A stretch of DNA of 63,984 nt, counting the filler, from Octopus bimaculoides (taxonomy: Eukaryota), in the NCBI RefSeq assembly GCF_001194135.2. It is 10 parts of 10 records of this genome, joined end to end, with 100 filler letters (N's around TTAATTAATTAA, not from the genome) between each part and the next. Parts side by side here need not be neighbours in the genome. Positions count along the whole stretch, not along the records: positions 1 to 14,071 come from NC_068999.1; 9 more parts are not named here. The stretch is one strand, 5' to 3'. Shown piece after piece: positions 1 through 13,345 of the stretch (positions within the stretch are counted from its first letter, which is position 1; each line of letters opens with the position of its first letter). Below the pieces are notes generated by a model. It was not told the origin of the DNA. It searched no databases and was given only the letters and a program-made list of their open reading frames with translations. Position numbers and translations under genes: made by a program.

Positions 1-177
1 TATATTTATCTATCTATCTACCTACGTACCAACCTATCTACCTGCCTGCCTACCTACCTACCTACCTACCTACCTACCTACCTACCTATCTACCTATCTA
101 TATATCTATCTATCTATGTACCTATCTGTCTGTCTGTCTGACTGTCTGTCTCTTTCTGTTTGCGTGCCTTTCTGTTA

Positions 178-217
<40 letters not shown>

Positions 218-342
218 GTCTGTCTATCTGTCTGTCTATTTGTCTATCTGTTTGCCTGTCTGTTTGGATGTCTGTCTCTCTGTATGTATGTATGTATGTA
301 TGTATGTATGTATGTATGTATGTATGTATGTATGTATGTATG

Positions 343-376
<34 letters not shown>

Positions 377-380
377 TGTT
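1..380. repeat. Compound tetranucleotide microsatellite (TATC/TACC/TGTC/TATG)
   Basis: Directly visible tandem units; explains the spurious YLSI/MYVC ORFs. Confidence 0.97.
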
Positions 381-940
381 TATCTACTTTCCATTTCCTC
401 AGCAAGGACTTAGCCATATGCCGTGGCAGTACGACACCACGTACAATAAAGTGGAAACTAGTTGAAAAATCCACGCAGTACGTTAATGAATCAAAACATA
501 TAGGCTATCCGTGGCTGAAAGAACTCAGATCCTTTGCAGATCTAAGAATTGTAACACACTGCTGAATCCTAGATCAAAATTTTTTAGCGGTTGTAAGCAT
601 ATGACGAATTGGAAAGTATCACCCTCTCCGGACCATTATATTTTATGGTCAAAGGGGAAATAACTAATCACTCTCCTTTGCTATTTCCAGTTTTCTCTTC
701 CATTTTCCGCTTTTTCAACCTTCCAGCTTGCATGTATATATTTCTTTATCGCTTTTTCTATCGTGCCATTTTAAATTTGTTATGCCATACGGACAGTGAC
801 TGAAGATTGGGACGAGTCACCAGACGTGTTACAAAATACTGTCTGGCATGCTCTTGTTGCATGAAACTAATAGTAGTACATAAAAACATGTATTGTGTTT
901 ATTAAATAATATATGTGTGTATATATATATATATACACAG

Positions 941-978
<38 letters not shown>

Positions 979-990
979 AAGCGTTGCTAT

Positions 991-1229
991 ATGGGCATAG
1001 GTGTTACTGTGTGGTAAGAAGCTTGCTTTCCAACCACATGGTTCTGAGTTCAGTCCCACTGAAGGGCACCTTGGGCAAGTGTCTTATATTATAGCTTCGG
1101 GTCGACGAAAACATACTGAGTTGATTTGGTAGACGGAAACTGGAAGAAGCCTATCGTATATGTATATATGTATATATTTGTGCGTATGTGTCTGTGTTTG
1201 TCCCCCCACCATCGCTTGACAACCGATAC
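991..1229 (+). mobile_element. tRNA-headed SINE, family A (3'-truncated)
   Basis: A-box-like TTACTGTGTGG, B-box-like GAGTTCAGTCCC, then ccttgggcaagtgtctt, gatttggtagacggaaac and ccatcgcttgacaaccgat; matches the copies at 5879, 31015 and 49282. Confidence 0.9.
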
Positions 1230-1424
1230 TTTGGAGGAAAAAAAACTCAGCTGCAGAGCACAAATAATTCTTTCGCCATAAAGTGACTTTGAAATTTGTT
1301 GTAATTCTCATTGTGAATGTGGTCATTAAGTGTGGCGTTTGAGTAAAGGAATAGGAGACTGTACCTACTTGATGAAGATAAATATGTTTAATATCTAGAA
1401 CACGAGCACACACAAACAGATACA

Positions 1425-1484
<60 letters not shown>

Positions 1485-2244
1485 NNNNNNNNNNNNNNNN
1501 NNNNNNNNNNNNNNNNNNNNNNNNNNNNNNNNNNNNNNNNNNNNNNNNNNNNNNNNNNNNNNNNNNNNNNNNNNNNNNNNNNNNNNNNNNNNNNNNNNNN
1601 NNNNNNNNNNNNNNNNNNNNNNNNNNNNNNNNNNNNNNNNNNNNNNNNNNNNNNNNNNNNNNNNNNNNNNNNNNNNNNNNNNNNNNNNNNNNNNNNNNNN
1701 NNNNNNNNNNNNNNNNNNNNNNNNNNNNNNNNNNNNNNNNNATATATATATATATATATATATATATACGTATACATATAGATATACATTTTTCATGTAT
1801 GTATATTATGTTTGTACATATATGTACATATGTATATAGAAATCTATATACATGCAGATATATATATATATATATATACATACATACATACATACATACA
1901 TACATGCACACATATGATATTTCATTATATATACTTATAAGCATTTGTGCTTGTGTGAGTGTATATGTATTTTGGGGATTATGTATCGTGTATAGAACAT
2001 GCATATTGACAAGTATATAGCAATATGCATGCATATGTATATGAATATATATATANNNNNNNNNNNNNNNNNNNNNNNNNNNNNNNNNNNNNNNNNNNNN
2101 NNNNNNNNNNNNNNNNNNNNNNNNNNNNNNNNNNNNNNNNNNNNNNNNNNNNNNNNNNNNNNNNNNNNNNNNNNNNNNNNNNNNNNNNNNNNNNNNNNNN
2201 NNNNNNNNNNNNNNNNNNNNNNNNNNNNNNNNNNNNATATACAG

Positions 2245-2278
<34 letters not shown>

Positions 2279-2978
2279 GTATATATATTAATATATTTAT
2301 TGATATAAGATACATATAAATATACATGTCAATCTATCTATCTACTTGTCTGTCTATCTACCTGTCTATCTATCTATCTACCTATCTGTCTATCTATCTA
2401 TCTATCTATCTATCTATATAAAAATATGTGTGTATGTATAAAGCTGTATATACCTGTATATACATGTATATATGCTTGCATGTATTGCTCAAGCCGATTG
2501 TCCAATTTAGATCATTTAATACAGAAACGATATAATGCGAGCAAAAAATAGCCAAGTAAAAAAAACAATAATGAAATGACAAAAAAACAAAACGCACGTT
2601 ATCAAAAATATATGAGGAATTTACCTTTTTGTCAATAGACGGAATCTATAAGGTATTATCTTTGATTGTGTGGTTGAGAAATAGAATATTAAGCCGAAGA
2701 TATTGATAAAATATCAATTTGTTATCAATGGATGGGAAGCTATTCATGATGTGATTTGCAAGGAGATTCTGTGTCAGAATCCTATTTAATCCTCATTTAT
2801 CTATCTATCTACCTGGCTGTCTGTTTATCTGTCTATCTATCTACTTCTTTTGCATGTATATGTTTATATACATATATATACACATACGTATAAATATGTA
2901 TTAATATATAGATAGCGGAATAGTATAGAAACAAACAAACACATAAATACATCATGCATAGCTACACACATGCATAAG

Positions 2979-3012
<34 letters not shown>

Positions 3013-3566
3013 NNNNNNNNNNNNNNNNNNNNNNNNNNNNNNNNNNNNNNNNNNNNNNNNNNNNNNNNNNNNNNNNNNNNNNNNNNNNNNNNNNNNNNNN
3101 NNNNNNNNNNNNNNNNNNNNNNNNNNNNNNNNNNNNNNNNNNNNNNNNNNNNNNNNNNNNNNNNNNNNNNNNNNNNNNNNNNNNNNNNNNNNNNNNNNNN
3201 NNNNNNNNNNNNNNNNNNNNNNNNNNNNNNNNNNNNNNNNNNNNNNNNNNNNNNNNNNNNNNNNNNNNNNNNNNNNNNNNNNNNNNNNNNNNNNNNNNNN
3301 NNNNNNNNNNNNNNNNNNNNNNNNNNNNNNNNNNNNNNNNNNNNNNNNNNNNNNNNNNNNNNNNNNNNNNNNNNNNNNNNNNNNNNNNNNNNNNNNNNNN
3401 NNNNNNNNNNNNNNNNNNNNNNNNNNNNNNNNNNNNNNNNNNNNNNNNNNNNNNNNNNNNNNNNNNNNNNNNNNNNNNNNNNNNNNNNNNNNNNNNNNNN
3501 NNNNNNNNNNNNNNNNNNNNNNNNNNNNNNNNNNNNNNNNNNNNNNNNNNNNNNNNNNNNNATATG

Positions 3567-3599
<33 letters not shown>

Positions 3600-3955
3600 T
3601 TCTAAGTCTCTCTAAAGGAGACTACGGCAGCGGTACATGTTGACTTAGCGATAACTATTAATTTATATATATATATATACATATACACACATATTCATAC
3701 ATATATACAGTTGAAATTTATTGGAAAACAAAAGACGAAGAGAGGTGTGTGAACAGAAACCAAATGAAAAAGTCTTTTACGTTTCGAACCTATGCTCTTC
3801 AACAGAAGGGAATAAGAACATAAATAGAGATAGAATGAAAAAAAAAACTTGAATGGCTAATATATATACATATATACATATATATATAATATATATATTT
3901 GTGTGTGTGTGTATGTATGTATGTATGTATGCATGTATGTATGTATGTATGTATG

Positions 3956-3986
<31 letters not shown>

Positions 3987-4289
3987 GAAGCGAGATTGAA
4001 AAGTGATATTAATCCAGTCGAAATACTCCTTAATCTCTCTGCAGATAAATATACACCAGGCTAACAAAAAAGTCTTGTGATCCGTATTGTCCTCCCCGTA
4101 ATCCGAAGTCGAAAGCCGAAGTCGATTTGTTTTCGATCTGAGGAAGATTAAATTGTGCTGACGGTTTTCTACATTTCCAATCGATCAATCGATCAATTGA
4201 TACAAATGAACCATAAATGCACCGAGAGAACCATCTGGAACTGTTATAAAATAACTCTATGTAACCCATTATTTCAGTCTATTATATAT

Positions 4290-4490
4290 GGGCTAGTAGG
4301 TTCGGGGGTGGGGGAGGGGATACGTTGATTACATCGACCCCAGTGTGTAACTGGTACTTATTTTATCGACCTCGGAAGGGTGAAAGGCAGAGTCGACCTC
4401 GGCGGAATTTGAACTCGAAATGTAAAGACGGATGAATGCCGCTAAACATTTTTCCCGGCGTGCTAACGATTCTGTCAGCCCACCACCCTA
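4290..4490 (-). mobile_element. tRNA-headed SINE, family B
   Basis: Reverse complement reads head ...gttagcacgccggg...gagttcaaattccgccgaggtcgac...cctttcacccttccgaggtcgataaaataagtaccag. The central segment resembles the Nin/Deu-type SINE domain as recalled; not aligned. Confidence 0.88.
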
Positions 4491-4495
4491 ATATT

Positions 4496-4525
4496 GATGA
4501 TGATGATGATTATGATGATGATGTA

Positions 4526-4609
<84 letters not shown>

Positions 4610-4617
4610 AAGAAGAA
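4496..4617. repeat. (GAT)n-(AAT)n-(AAG)n compound trinucleotide repeat
   Basis: Visible; source of the poly-D/N/K pseudo-ORF at 4436-4660. Confidence 0.97.
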
Positions 4618-4619
4618 TA

Positions 4620-4727
4620 GTGTCAAAATTAAAAGAAGAGTGCCATTTGTTATATTGTGAACAATATTTCGACATCACGCGTATCTTCAACTGGTTCAAA
4701 AAATAAATTTGTCAATCTACTTCATTT
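4620..4727 (+). repeat. Unclassified dispersed repeat following a trinucleotide tract (second copy at 22833-22940, minus strand)
   Basis: caaaattaaaagaagagtgccatttgttat...caactggttcaaaaaataaatttgtcaatctacttcattt recurs in reverse complement at 22833-22940, there also abutting an (AAT)n tract. Confidence 0.8.
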
Positions 4728-4889
4728 ACATGCATAATTTATGTTGATATGTATATATGATTTGAATATTTTCATTTATGCGTTCGGGTATCTGTCTCAC
4801 AGCCTATGATTTGCGTTTTCAATCTTCTCTTCTCTATTTTCTTCGCATTGGCTCACTGTGAGCACTCCATAAATACCTCATACATTTTA

Positions 4890-5055
4890 AAATATACTTA
4901 ATATTTTCATTATTTACATTTGACGGATATTTGTTCTCATCTTGTTTGTTGTTAACACAACGTTTCGGCTGATGTACCCTTCAGCCTTCATCAGGTGTCT
5001 TGGGGGAAATTTCGAACCTGAGTTCTCATTTCTAAGGTATTTTTCGATGTTATTG

Positions 5056-5118
<63 letters not shown>
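4890..5118 (-). mobile_element. Hammerhead-bearing SINE-like element, copy 1 (head lost in gap)
   Basis: Same (AAT)n, body and hammerhead sequence as the copies at 34912, 37654 and 61632; a gap begins at 5119. Confidence 0.85.
4954..4999 (-). ncRNA. Minimal type-I hammerhead ribozyme motif (intact)
   Basis: Minus strand ACAC-CUGAUGA-A-GGCUG-aaggguacau-CAGCC-GAAAC-GUU-GUGU. Stem I is ACAC/GUGU, stem II is 5 bp, stem III is the palindrome AACGUU, and predicted cleavage is after GUU. Confidence 0.75.
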
Positions 5119-5878
5119 NNNNNNNNNNNNNNNNNNNNNNNNNNNNNNNNNNNNNNNNNNNNNNNNNNNNNNNNNNNNNNNNNNNNNNNNNNNNNNNNNN
5201 NNNNNNNNNNNNNNNNNNNNNNNNNNNNNNNNNNNNNNNNNNNNNNNNNNNNNNNNNNNNNNNNNNNNNNNNNNNNNNNNNNNNNNNNNNNNNNNNNNNN
5301 NNNNNNNNNNNNNNNNNNNNNNNNNNNNNNNNNNNNNNNNNNNNNNNNNNNNNNNNNNNNNNNNNNNNNNNNNNNNNNNNNNNNNNNNNNNNNNNNNNNN
5401 NNNNNNNNNNNNNNNNNNNNNNNNNNNNNNNNNNNNNNNNNNNNNNNNNNNNNNNNNNNGAGGAGGAGGAGAGGGAGAGGAAGGAGGAGGACCGGAATGA
5501 TGACTGTTATGATTAAGGCAGGAGGGGTTGAGGAGCGGTTGGAGGCGATGCGTGTTAATGTGGTTAGATTACTTTTCCAGCGATTGTAACCAATCTTAGG
5601 TGAAGTTGAGTATTACGACGGATCGATATTCTAGAGAAGCGTATGTATGTATGTATGTATGTATGTATGTATGTATTTGTGTATGTATATGTGTATGTGT
5701 GTATGTGTATGAGTGCATATAGGTCGGTAGGCATGTATATATGTGTGTGTATATATATATATATAATTATATGTATATCCAGGTATGTATGTACGTATGT
5801 ATGTATGTGTACTTATGTGTGTCTAAGTATGTATTAGTAGTTATGAATAAATTTACAGTGTATATATGTATGTGAGTG

Positions 5879-6037
5879 TGGGAGTGGCTGTGTGGTAAGT
5901 AGCTTGCTTACGAACCACATGATTCCGGGTTCAGTCCCACTGCGTGGCACCTTGGGCAAGTGTCTTCTACTATAGCCTTGGGCCGACCAAAGCCTTGTGA
6001 GTGGATTTGGTAGACGGAAACTGAAAAGAAGCCTGTC

Positions 6038-6040
<3 letters not shown>
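5879..6040 (+). mobile_element. SINE family A, 5' half
   Basis: gagtggctgtgtggtaagtagc...gggttcagtcccactgcgtggcaccttgggcaagtg with A-box TGGCTGTGTGG and B-box GGTTCAGTCCC; ends in (TA)n. Confidence 0.92.
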
Positions 6041-6076
<36 letters not shown>

Positions 6077-6436
6077 TATAGTCAGATATTCATACATACA
6101 TTCATACATTCATGCATACGTACATTCATACATACATACATACATATATACATACATACATACATACATACATACATAGACACACTCACAAACGCACACG
6201 CACAACTGCGCTCCCGTCACTTCTGAAAAACCTGCTCGTCTAATATTCTCATAGTTGTCATGGTCTGTGCAGAGTTAGTCCAACTTTGTAGCGTCCTTGG
6301 AACTTGTGTTGGTCTGGGACAAGAACTACCACGAAACCAATATGGACGAACAGCTAAAGAGGTGAAACGCCTGAGTCCTTTCGGGGTGCGTCTGCGAGTG
6401 ACCTTCCGGAAGCAATCTCTTAGCATACTCATCAAT

Positions 6437-6483
6437 CCTTGTGAGTGGATTTGGTATTCAGAAACTCAAAGAAGCCTGTCGTG

Positions 6484-6524
<41 letters not shown>

Positions 6525-6700
6525 TTGTTTGTCTCCCCCACCATCGCTTGACAACCGATGTTGGTGTGTTTATAACTTAGCGGTTCGGCAAAGTGACCGA
6601 TAGAATAAGTACTAGGATTACAAAGAAACAAAGAAGAAGTCCAGCGGTCGATTTGTTCGGCTAAAGGCGGTGCTCCGGCATGGCCGCAGTCTAATGACAA
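6437..6700 (+). mobile_element. SINE family A, 3' half (5'-truncated)
   Basis: ccttgtgagtggatttggta, internal (TA)(GT) tract, cttagcggttcggcaaa, taaaggcggtgctccggcatggccgcagtc. Confidence 0.9.
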
Positions 6701-7441
6701 AGAAAGAGAAGAATATTATATATAGCAAGGTGAGACACACATAAGAAAGAAGGAAACAAAGGACCACTGATGAGGTCACAGAAGTGTGACGAAAGAACTC
6801 TGGCCGAAATAAGATTAAGATTAAGATTAATGTAATATAAAGCTGAAAAANNNNNNNNNNNNNNNNNNNNNNNNNNNNNNNNNNNNNNNNNNNNNNNNNN
6901 NNNNNNNNNNNNNNNNNNNNNNNNNNNNNNNNNNNNNNNNNNNNNNNNNNNNNNNNNNNNNNNNNNNNNNNNNNNNNNNNNNNNNNNNNNNNNNNNNNNN
7001 NNNNNNNNNNNNNNNNNNNNNNNNNNNNNNNNNNNNNNNNNNNNNNNNNNNNNNNNNNNNNNNNNNNNNNNNNNNNNNNNNNNNNNNNNNNNNNNNNNNN
7101 NNNNNNNNNNNNNNNNNNNNNNNNNNNNNNNNNNNNNNNNNNNNNNNNNNNNNNNNNNNNNNNNNNNNNNNNNNNNNNNNNNNNNNNNNNNNNNNNNNNN
7201 NNNNNNNNNNNNNNNNNNNNNNNNNNNNNNNNNNNNNNNNNNNNNNNNNNNNNNNNNNNNNNNNNNNNNNNNNNNNNNNNNNNNNNNNNNNNNNNNNNNN
7301 NNNNNNNNNNNNNNNNNNNNNNNNNNNNNNNNNNNNNNNNNNNNNNNNNNNNNNNNNNNNNNNNATATATGTATATATGTATACACATACATATGTATGT
7401 ATATAGACAGTTAGATAGGTAAAGAGATAATTAGTAAATAA

Positions 7442-7529
<88 letters not shown>

Positions 7530-7610
7530 GCATACAAATGTGCATGTATATACATATATACATCTGTGTGTGACGCATTTACATACACAAACACGCAGAC
7601 ACACAGAGAG

Positions 7611-7642
<32 letters not shown>

Positions 7643-8443
7643 CCGCACCTACGAATCCTGTATGTCTCTGCCGGTTTGAACCTATCTACACAATAGACAT
7701 GCGTATGCATGTGTGTATGTGTGTATGCATACGCTAACATTTACATACGAACGTCTTACGGTGATACCTAAACAGGTTCGTGTGTATGTTTGAGCGCGTG
7801 CGTGCGTATGGGGAGGGTTTGTGCGTGCGCCCGTATGTATCTACTTGTGCACCATTCAATGTGTGTGTCCTTGTACGTGGGTTGTCTATGTAGCAGCCCT
7901 GTGTCTATGATTCTGTGCGTGTTTGCGCCGCTGCGTATGCGTCTGTAAGAATGCACGTTATGCTTAGTACGGGGTGAATGTGATTGTGTGCGCGTGGGAT
8001 ATCTATCAATCTATCTATCTAGCATTCTGTGTGTCTGCATGTACGTATTGATTATATATACATATATATTTGTGTATGTGTGTATATATATATATATATA
8101 TNNNNNNNNNNNNNNNNNNNNNNNNNNNNNNNNNNNNNNNNNNNNNNNNNNNNNNNNNNNNNNNNNNNNNNNNNNNNNNNNNNNNNNNNNNNNNNNNNNN
8201 NNNNNNNNNNNNNNNNNNNNNNNNNNNNNNNNNNNNNNNNNNNNNNNNNNNNNNNNNNNNNNNNNNNNNNNNNNNNNNNNNNNNNNNNNNNNNNNNNNNN
8301 NNNNNNNNNNNNNNNNNNNNNNNNNNNNNNNNNNNNNNNNNNNNNNNNNNNNNNNNNNNNNNNNNNNNNNNNNNNNNNNNNNNNNNNNNNNNNNTATATA
8401 TGCATGTGTGTATAGGTATAATAAAAGATATATTGATTGTTAC

Positions 8444-8497
<54 letters not shown>

Positions 8498-9184
8498 GGT
8501 GCCTTTGCGTATATCTGCGTGTGTATATATATGTGTACATATATATGCGTGCGTGTGTGTTTGTGTTTGTGTGCATGTGCGTGCATTCGCGTGTGCATAC
8601 ATGCATGCGTGCGTACGTGCGTGTGATGAAATAATAGAAGGGGCGAATGGCGGCGGCGAACACGACCAGCAGGAATGTAGCGATCCTGTGTCTGTTTTGC
8701 CCGCCGGACCTGAAGTAGTTCGCTTTAGTTGGCCATCTGATGTTGATTGATAATAGCTAAATGAAGCGAGATGACAGCTGGTATTTTCACAGCTTCAAGT
8801 CAGTAAGGTTGTTTGGTCTAGCGATGCAATTCAACGTTTGTTTCATCCTTTAACTAAATGAACGAGTGTCTTCCTATAATGACGTCGGCGCAGCTCGTTG
8901 CTCGTCCTCGTAAGCATCACCATACAGGCTAAATAGCTTCCTGATTATAACGCAGTCTCTCTCTCTCTCTATTTCTTTCCTTCTTACTCTCCTTCTTTCT
9001 TTCTGTTTTTCTTTCTTTCTTCCTCTCTCTCACGCCCGTTCCTCTCTCTCATTCTCTCTCGCTCTAATACCCACACAGGCGAACACACAGACACACACAC
9101 ACACTCACGCCCGTATTCAGATATTTATGTATTTACAAATATTTACACACACACACAGACGCACACAGACACGCACATACACAG

Positions 9185-9232
<48 letters not shown>

Positions 9233-10245
9233 GCTCACATCCGTGACACTATACATACTCTTACACGCACATAAATGCATGTATGTATGAATGTACGTAT
9301 GTACGTATGTAAGCATACATATATGCATACATATATATGTATATGCATATATTTATGTATATATATGCATACATATATATATGTATATGTATATATACAT
9401 ACATATATATATATATATGTATATATGCATATATATGTATATATATATACATACATATATATGTATATGNNNNNNNNNNNNNNNNNNNNNNNNNNNNNNN
9501 NNNNNNNNNNNNNNNNNNNNNNNNNNNNNNNNNNNNNNNNNNNNNNNNNNNNNNNNNNNNNNNNNNNNNNNNNNNNNNNNNNNNNNNNNNNNNNNNNNNN
9601 NNNNNNNNNNNNNNNNNNNNNNNNNNNNNNNNNNNNNNNNNNNNNNNNNNNNNNNNNNNNNNNNNNNNNNNNNNNNNNNNNNNNNNNNNNNNNNNNNNNN
9701 NNNNNNNNNNNNNNNNNNNNNNNNNNNNNNNNNNNNNNNNNNNNNNNNNNNNNNNNNNNNNNNNNNNNNNNNNNNNNNNNNNNNNNNNNNNNNNNNNNNN
9801 NNNNNNNNNNNNNNNNNNNNNNNNNNNNNNNNNNNNNNNNNNNNNNNNNNNNNNNNNNNNNNNNNNNNNNNNNNNNNNNNNNNNNNNNNNNNNNNNNNNN
9901 NNNNNNNNNNNNNNNNNNNNNNNNNNNNNNNNNNNNNNNNNNNNNNNNNNNNNNNNNNNNNNNNNNNNNNNNNNNNNNNNNNNNNNNNNNNNNNNNNNNN
10001 NNNNNNNNNNNNNNNNNNNNNNNNNNNNNNNNNNNNNNNNNNNNNNNNNNNNNNNNNNNNNNNNNNNNNNNNNNNNNNNNNNNNNNNNNNNNNNNNNNNN
10101 NNNNNNNNNNNNNNNNNNNNNNNNNNNNNNNNNNNNNNNNNNNNNNNNNNNNNNNNNNNNNNNNNNNNNNNNNNNNNNNNNNNNNNNNNNNNNNNNNNNN
10201 NNNNNNNNNNNNNNNNNNNNNNNNNNNNNNNNNNNNNNNNNNNNN

Positions 10246-10294
<49 letters not shown>

Positions 10295-10362
10295 ATATAT
10301 ACACTATATACACACACACACAAACACACATACAAAGGCACCCGTGCACACGCACAAATCTA

Positions 10363-10512
10363 ATGCTTAGCCCTATTTCGTTCGTCTTCACGTTCTGAGT
10401 TCAAATTGCGCCGAGGCTGACTTTTGCCTTTCATCCTTTCGGACTCGATAAAATAAGTACCAGTTAAACACTGGGGTCTATGTACTCGACTTACGCCCTC
10501 TCCCCAAAACGG
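10363..10512 (+). mobile_element. SINE family B (5'-truncated)
   Basis: cgttctgagttcaaattgcgccgaggctgacttttgcctttcatcctttcggactcgataaaataagtaccag. Confidence 0.85.
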
Positions 10513-10945
10513 CTGACCAGTGTCATTGGAATCTATACCGCACTTCAGTTGTGAATGCGATAATAATTATAACAGGTAAATATATGCATTAATATTCTAT
10601 CAACTATTTCGGCTTTGTGGGAACCGGTATGGCAAAGAACAAAACCAGCGTTTCCTCTGTGTATCGTAAAGGGCGACTAAAAGTGGTTGAGGTAGAAGGA
10701 TTTGCACTCCCACCTCATAAAACCGACCTCATCAGCAACGACTACCCAAACAGACCCATGAGTTGCAGGTTTGTCAACTGAGATCTGCGAAGGTTCCAAC
10801 CACCGCGAATAAGGATTCACCAATATAATGTGAAGATCCGCTACGCGCTTTTATAGCGCTTTGTCACCACAATACTTCGGCTACAACTACAATAACAACA
10901 GCAACAGCAATAACAATTACTACTACCACTGCTGCTGCTACCACC

Positions 10946-10998
<53 letters not shown>

Positions 10999-11029
10999 CA
11001 TTATTTCAGTCATATTTGTCAGATATTTA

Positions 11030-11105
11030 GCCTTACAAATATGGCCGCTCAGTGGGACTGAATCCGAGGCCATGTGGTTACAAAGCAAACATCTTAAGCG
11101 CACGA
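11030..11105 (-). mobile_element. SINE family A head fragment (decayed)
   Basis: cagtgggactgaatccgaggccatgtggttacaaagcaaac is the reverse complement of the family A head. Confidence 0.7.
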
Positions 11106-11420
11106 ATATATATTCCAGCACACACACACACACACACACATGCACCCATAGGGGAGAAGAGAAAGACAGAGAGAAACTGGGAGATTTTCAGCTTTTCCAA
11201 ACTTGTTTACTCTCTTAATAACATTGTGGATTTATTTCCAAGACGAAACTTTTACTTTTTGTAGTTAATTTTATTTTATTATTATTTTTTCACTGGAATG
11301 ACCTTTCGATATCTTATCTATTTCAGTAAAACGATAATTTGCCATAATATTTTGTTTCTGGAACCACACGTTTCTCATATTAAACAGACATAAATACATA
11401 CATACATACACTCGCGGGCG

Positions 11421-11456
<36 letters not shown>

Positions 11457-11477
11457 CGCGAGTGTATATGTGTATAT

Positions 11478-11511
<34 letters not shown>

Positions 11512-11706
11512 NNNNNNNNNNNNNNNNNNNNNNNNNNNNNNNNNNNNNNNNNNNNNNNNNNNNNNNNNNNNNNNNNNNNNNNNNNNNNNNNNNNNNNNNN
11601 NNNNNNNNNNNNNNNNNNNNNNNNNNNNNNNNNNNNNNNNNNNNNNNNNNNNNNNNNNNNNNNNNNNNNNNNNNNNNNNNNNNNNNNNNTATATATATAT
11701 ATATAT

Positions 11707-11772
<66 letters not shown>

Positions 11773-12189
11773 GTATATATATATATATATATATATATAC
11801 ATACATACATACACGCGCACACACATATACATATATATGCACAGACAGTTATACATGCAGACAAACACGTGTCCAGACTCACCATTTTCATTATTTCTTT
11901 TCGCCTTCAGACGCCTCTAATACTCTGCTAGAACACCATCTTTATTGTCGATGGTAGAATGTCATTTGAAATATCTATGTACATGCATAGCGGCCATTTT
12001 CTACCCCCCTCTCTCTCTCTCTCTTTTCCTTCCATTATTTTTTTTATATTCTTAGTAGGTGTGTTTGTATGTTCGTACATTTATCAGCTCTAATTGGCGG
12101 ATAAACGAAGTCCAGGCGGCTGCTCAGCCATAGTGGTAGCCATTTGTAAATGGCTCATCCTACATACTAGGAAGTAATCTATATGTCTT

Positions 12190-12275
12190 TTATCTTTCAC
12201 TTGCTTCAGTCAGTGGAGTGCGGCCATGTTGGAGTACTACTTTCAAGGAATTTCAGTCACACACATCGATCCTAG
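12190..12275 (-). mobile_element. SINE family A-type 3' tail fragment
   Basis: cttgcttcagtca...gcggccatgttggagtac...catcgatcctagtacttat. Confidence 0.7.
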
Positions 12276-12313
12276 TACTTATGTTTGTGTAACGAAAAAA
12301 TGTTTGCTATTAT

Positions 12314-12350
<37 letters not shown>

Positions 12351-12939
12351 NNNNNNNNNNNNNNNNNNNNNNNNNNNNNNNNNNNNNNNNNNNNNNNNNN
12401 NNNNNNNNNNNNNNNNNNNNNNNNNNNNNNNNNNNNNNNNNNNNNNNNNNNNNNNNNNNNNNNNNNNNNNNNNNNNNNNNNNNNNNNNNNNNNNNNNNNN
12501 NNNNNNNNNNNNNNNNNNNNNNNNNNNNNNNNNNNNNNNNNNNNNNNNNNNNNNNNNNNNNNNNNNNNNNNNNNNNNNNNNNNNNNNNNNNNNNNNNNNN
12601 NNNNNNNNNNNNNNNNNNNNNNNNNNNNNNNNNNNNNNNNNNNNNNNNNNNNNNNNNNNNNNNNNNNNNNNNNNNNNNNNNNNNNNNNNNNNNNNNNNNN
12701 NNNNNNNNNNNNNNNNNNNNNNNNNNNNNNNNNNNNNNNNNNNNNNNNNNNNNNNNNNNNNNNNNNNNNNNNNNNNNNNNNNNNNNNNNNNNNNNNNNNN
12801 NNNNNNNNCCTTTGCATAGGAAAAGTCGAAGGGTAACCGTGAGACTCGAACCCATGTGTGTAAAGCTTGGGGTGCGGGTTGTATGCGCGAATATCTCTGC
12901 GCTCATCTCCCCCCGTCCACTTGGCAATATTACGAAAGT

Positions 12940-13040
12940 TAAGAAATAAATACCAGAATCGATTTGTTCGACTAAATCTTTCAATGCGGTGCCCCAGCAT
13001 GGCCAGGTTTCAATAACTGAAGCAGGTAAAACGTGAAAGA
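12940..13040 (+). mobile_element. SINE family A-type 3' tail fragment
   Basis: gatttgttcgactaaatctttcaatgcggtgccccagcatggcc...actgaagcaggtaaaa. Confidence 0.75.
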
Positions 13041-13345
13041 AAGGAAAAAAACCGAAAAATATTGATTTTTTTTTTTTTAGTTTCCGCGCAGAATCACAAA
13101 TTTACATGGCATCCAAATCATCGATTTGAATCGACTTTAATAAATGAACTGATTTAATACATTCTGGGGATTAGAATGCTGCTGTTGTTGTTGTTGGTGG
13201 TGTTCTTGTTTAGACTATGTTCCATTCAGATCGATCAGAATTATGATTCAACACCACTCATGGTAATCCTGTCATTTTTATACATCAGGGATTACGTTGA
13301 TTAAGATTATAAGATAGCAATTTGAGAATCATTGGGTTTGGAGGT

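Noticed and set aside
422-436. 15-mer cgtggcagtacgaca shared with about 42095-42109
   Set aside because: Flanks do not align; a single short match is not enough to call a repeat.
4030-4269. 79-aa minus-strand ORF
   Set aside because: No recognisable motif and no consistent splice-site pair.
10620-10760. gtgtatcgtaaagggcgactaaaag, resembling an RTE 5' UTR motif
   Set aside because: Only a short recalled motif and no adjoining ORF; insufficient for a feature call.
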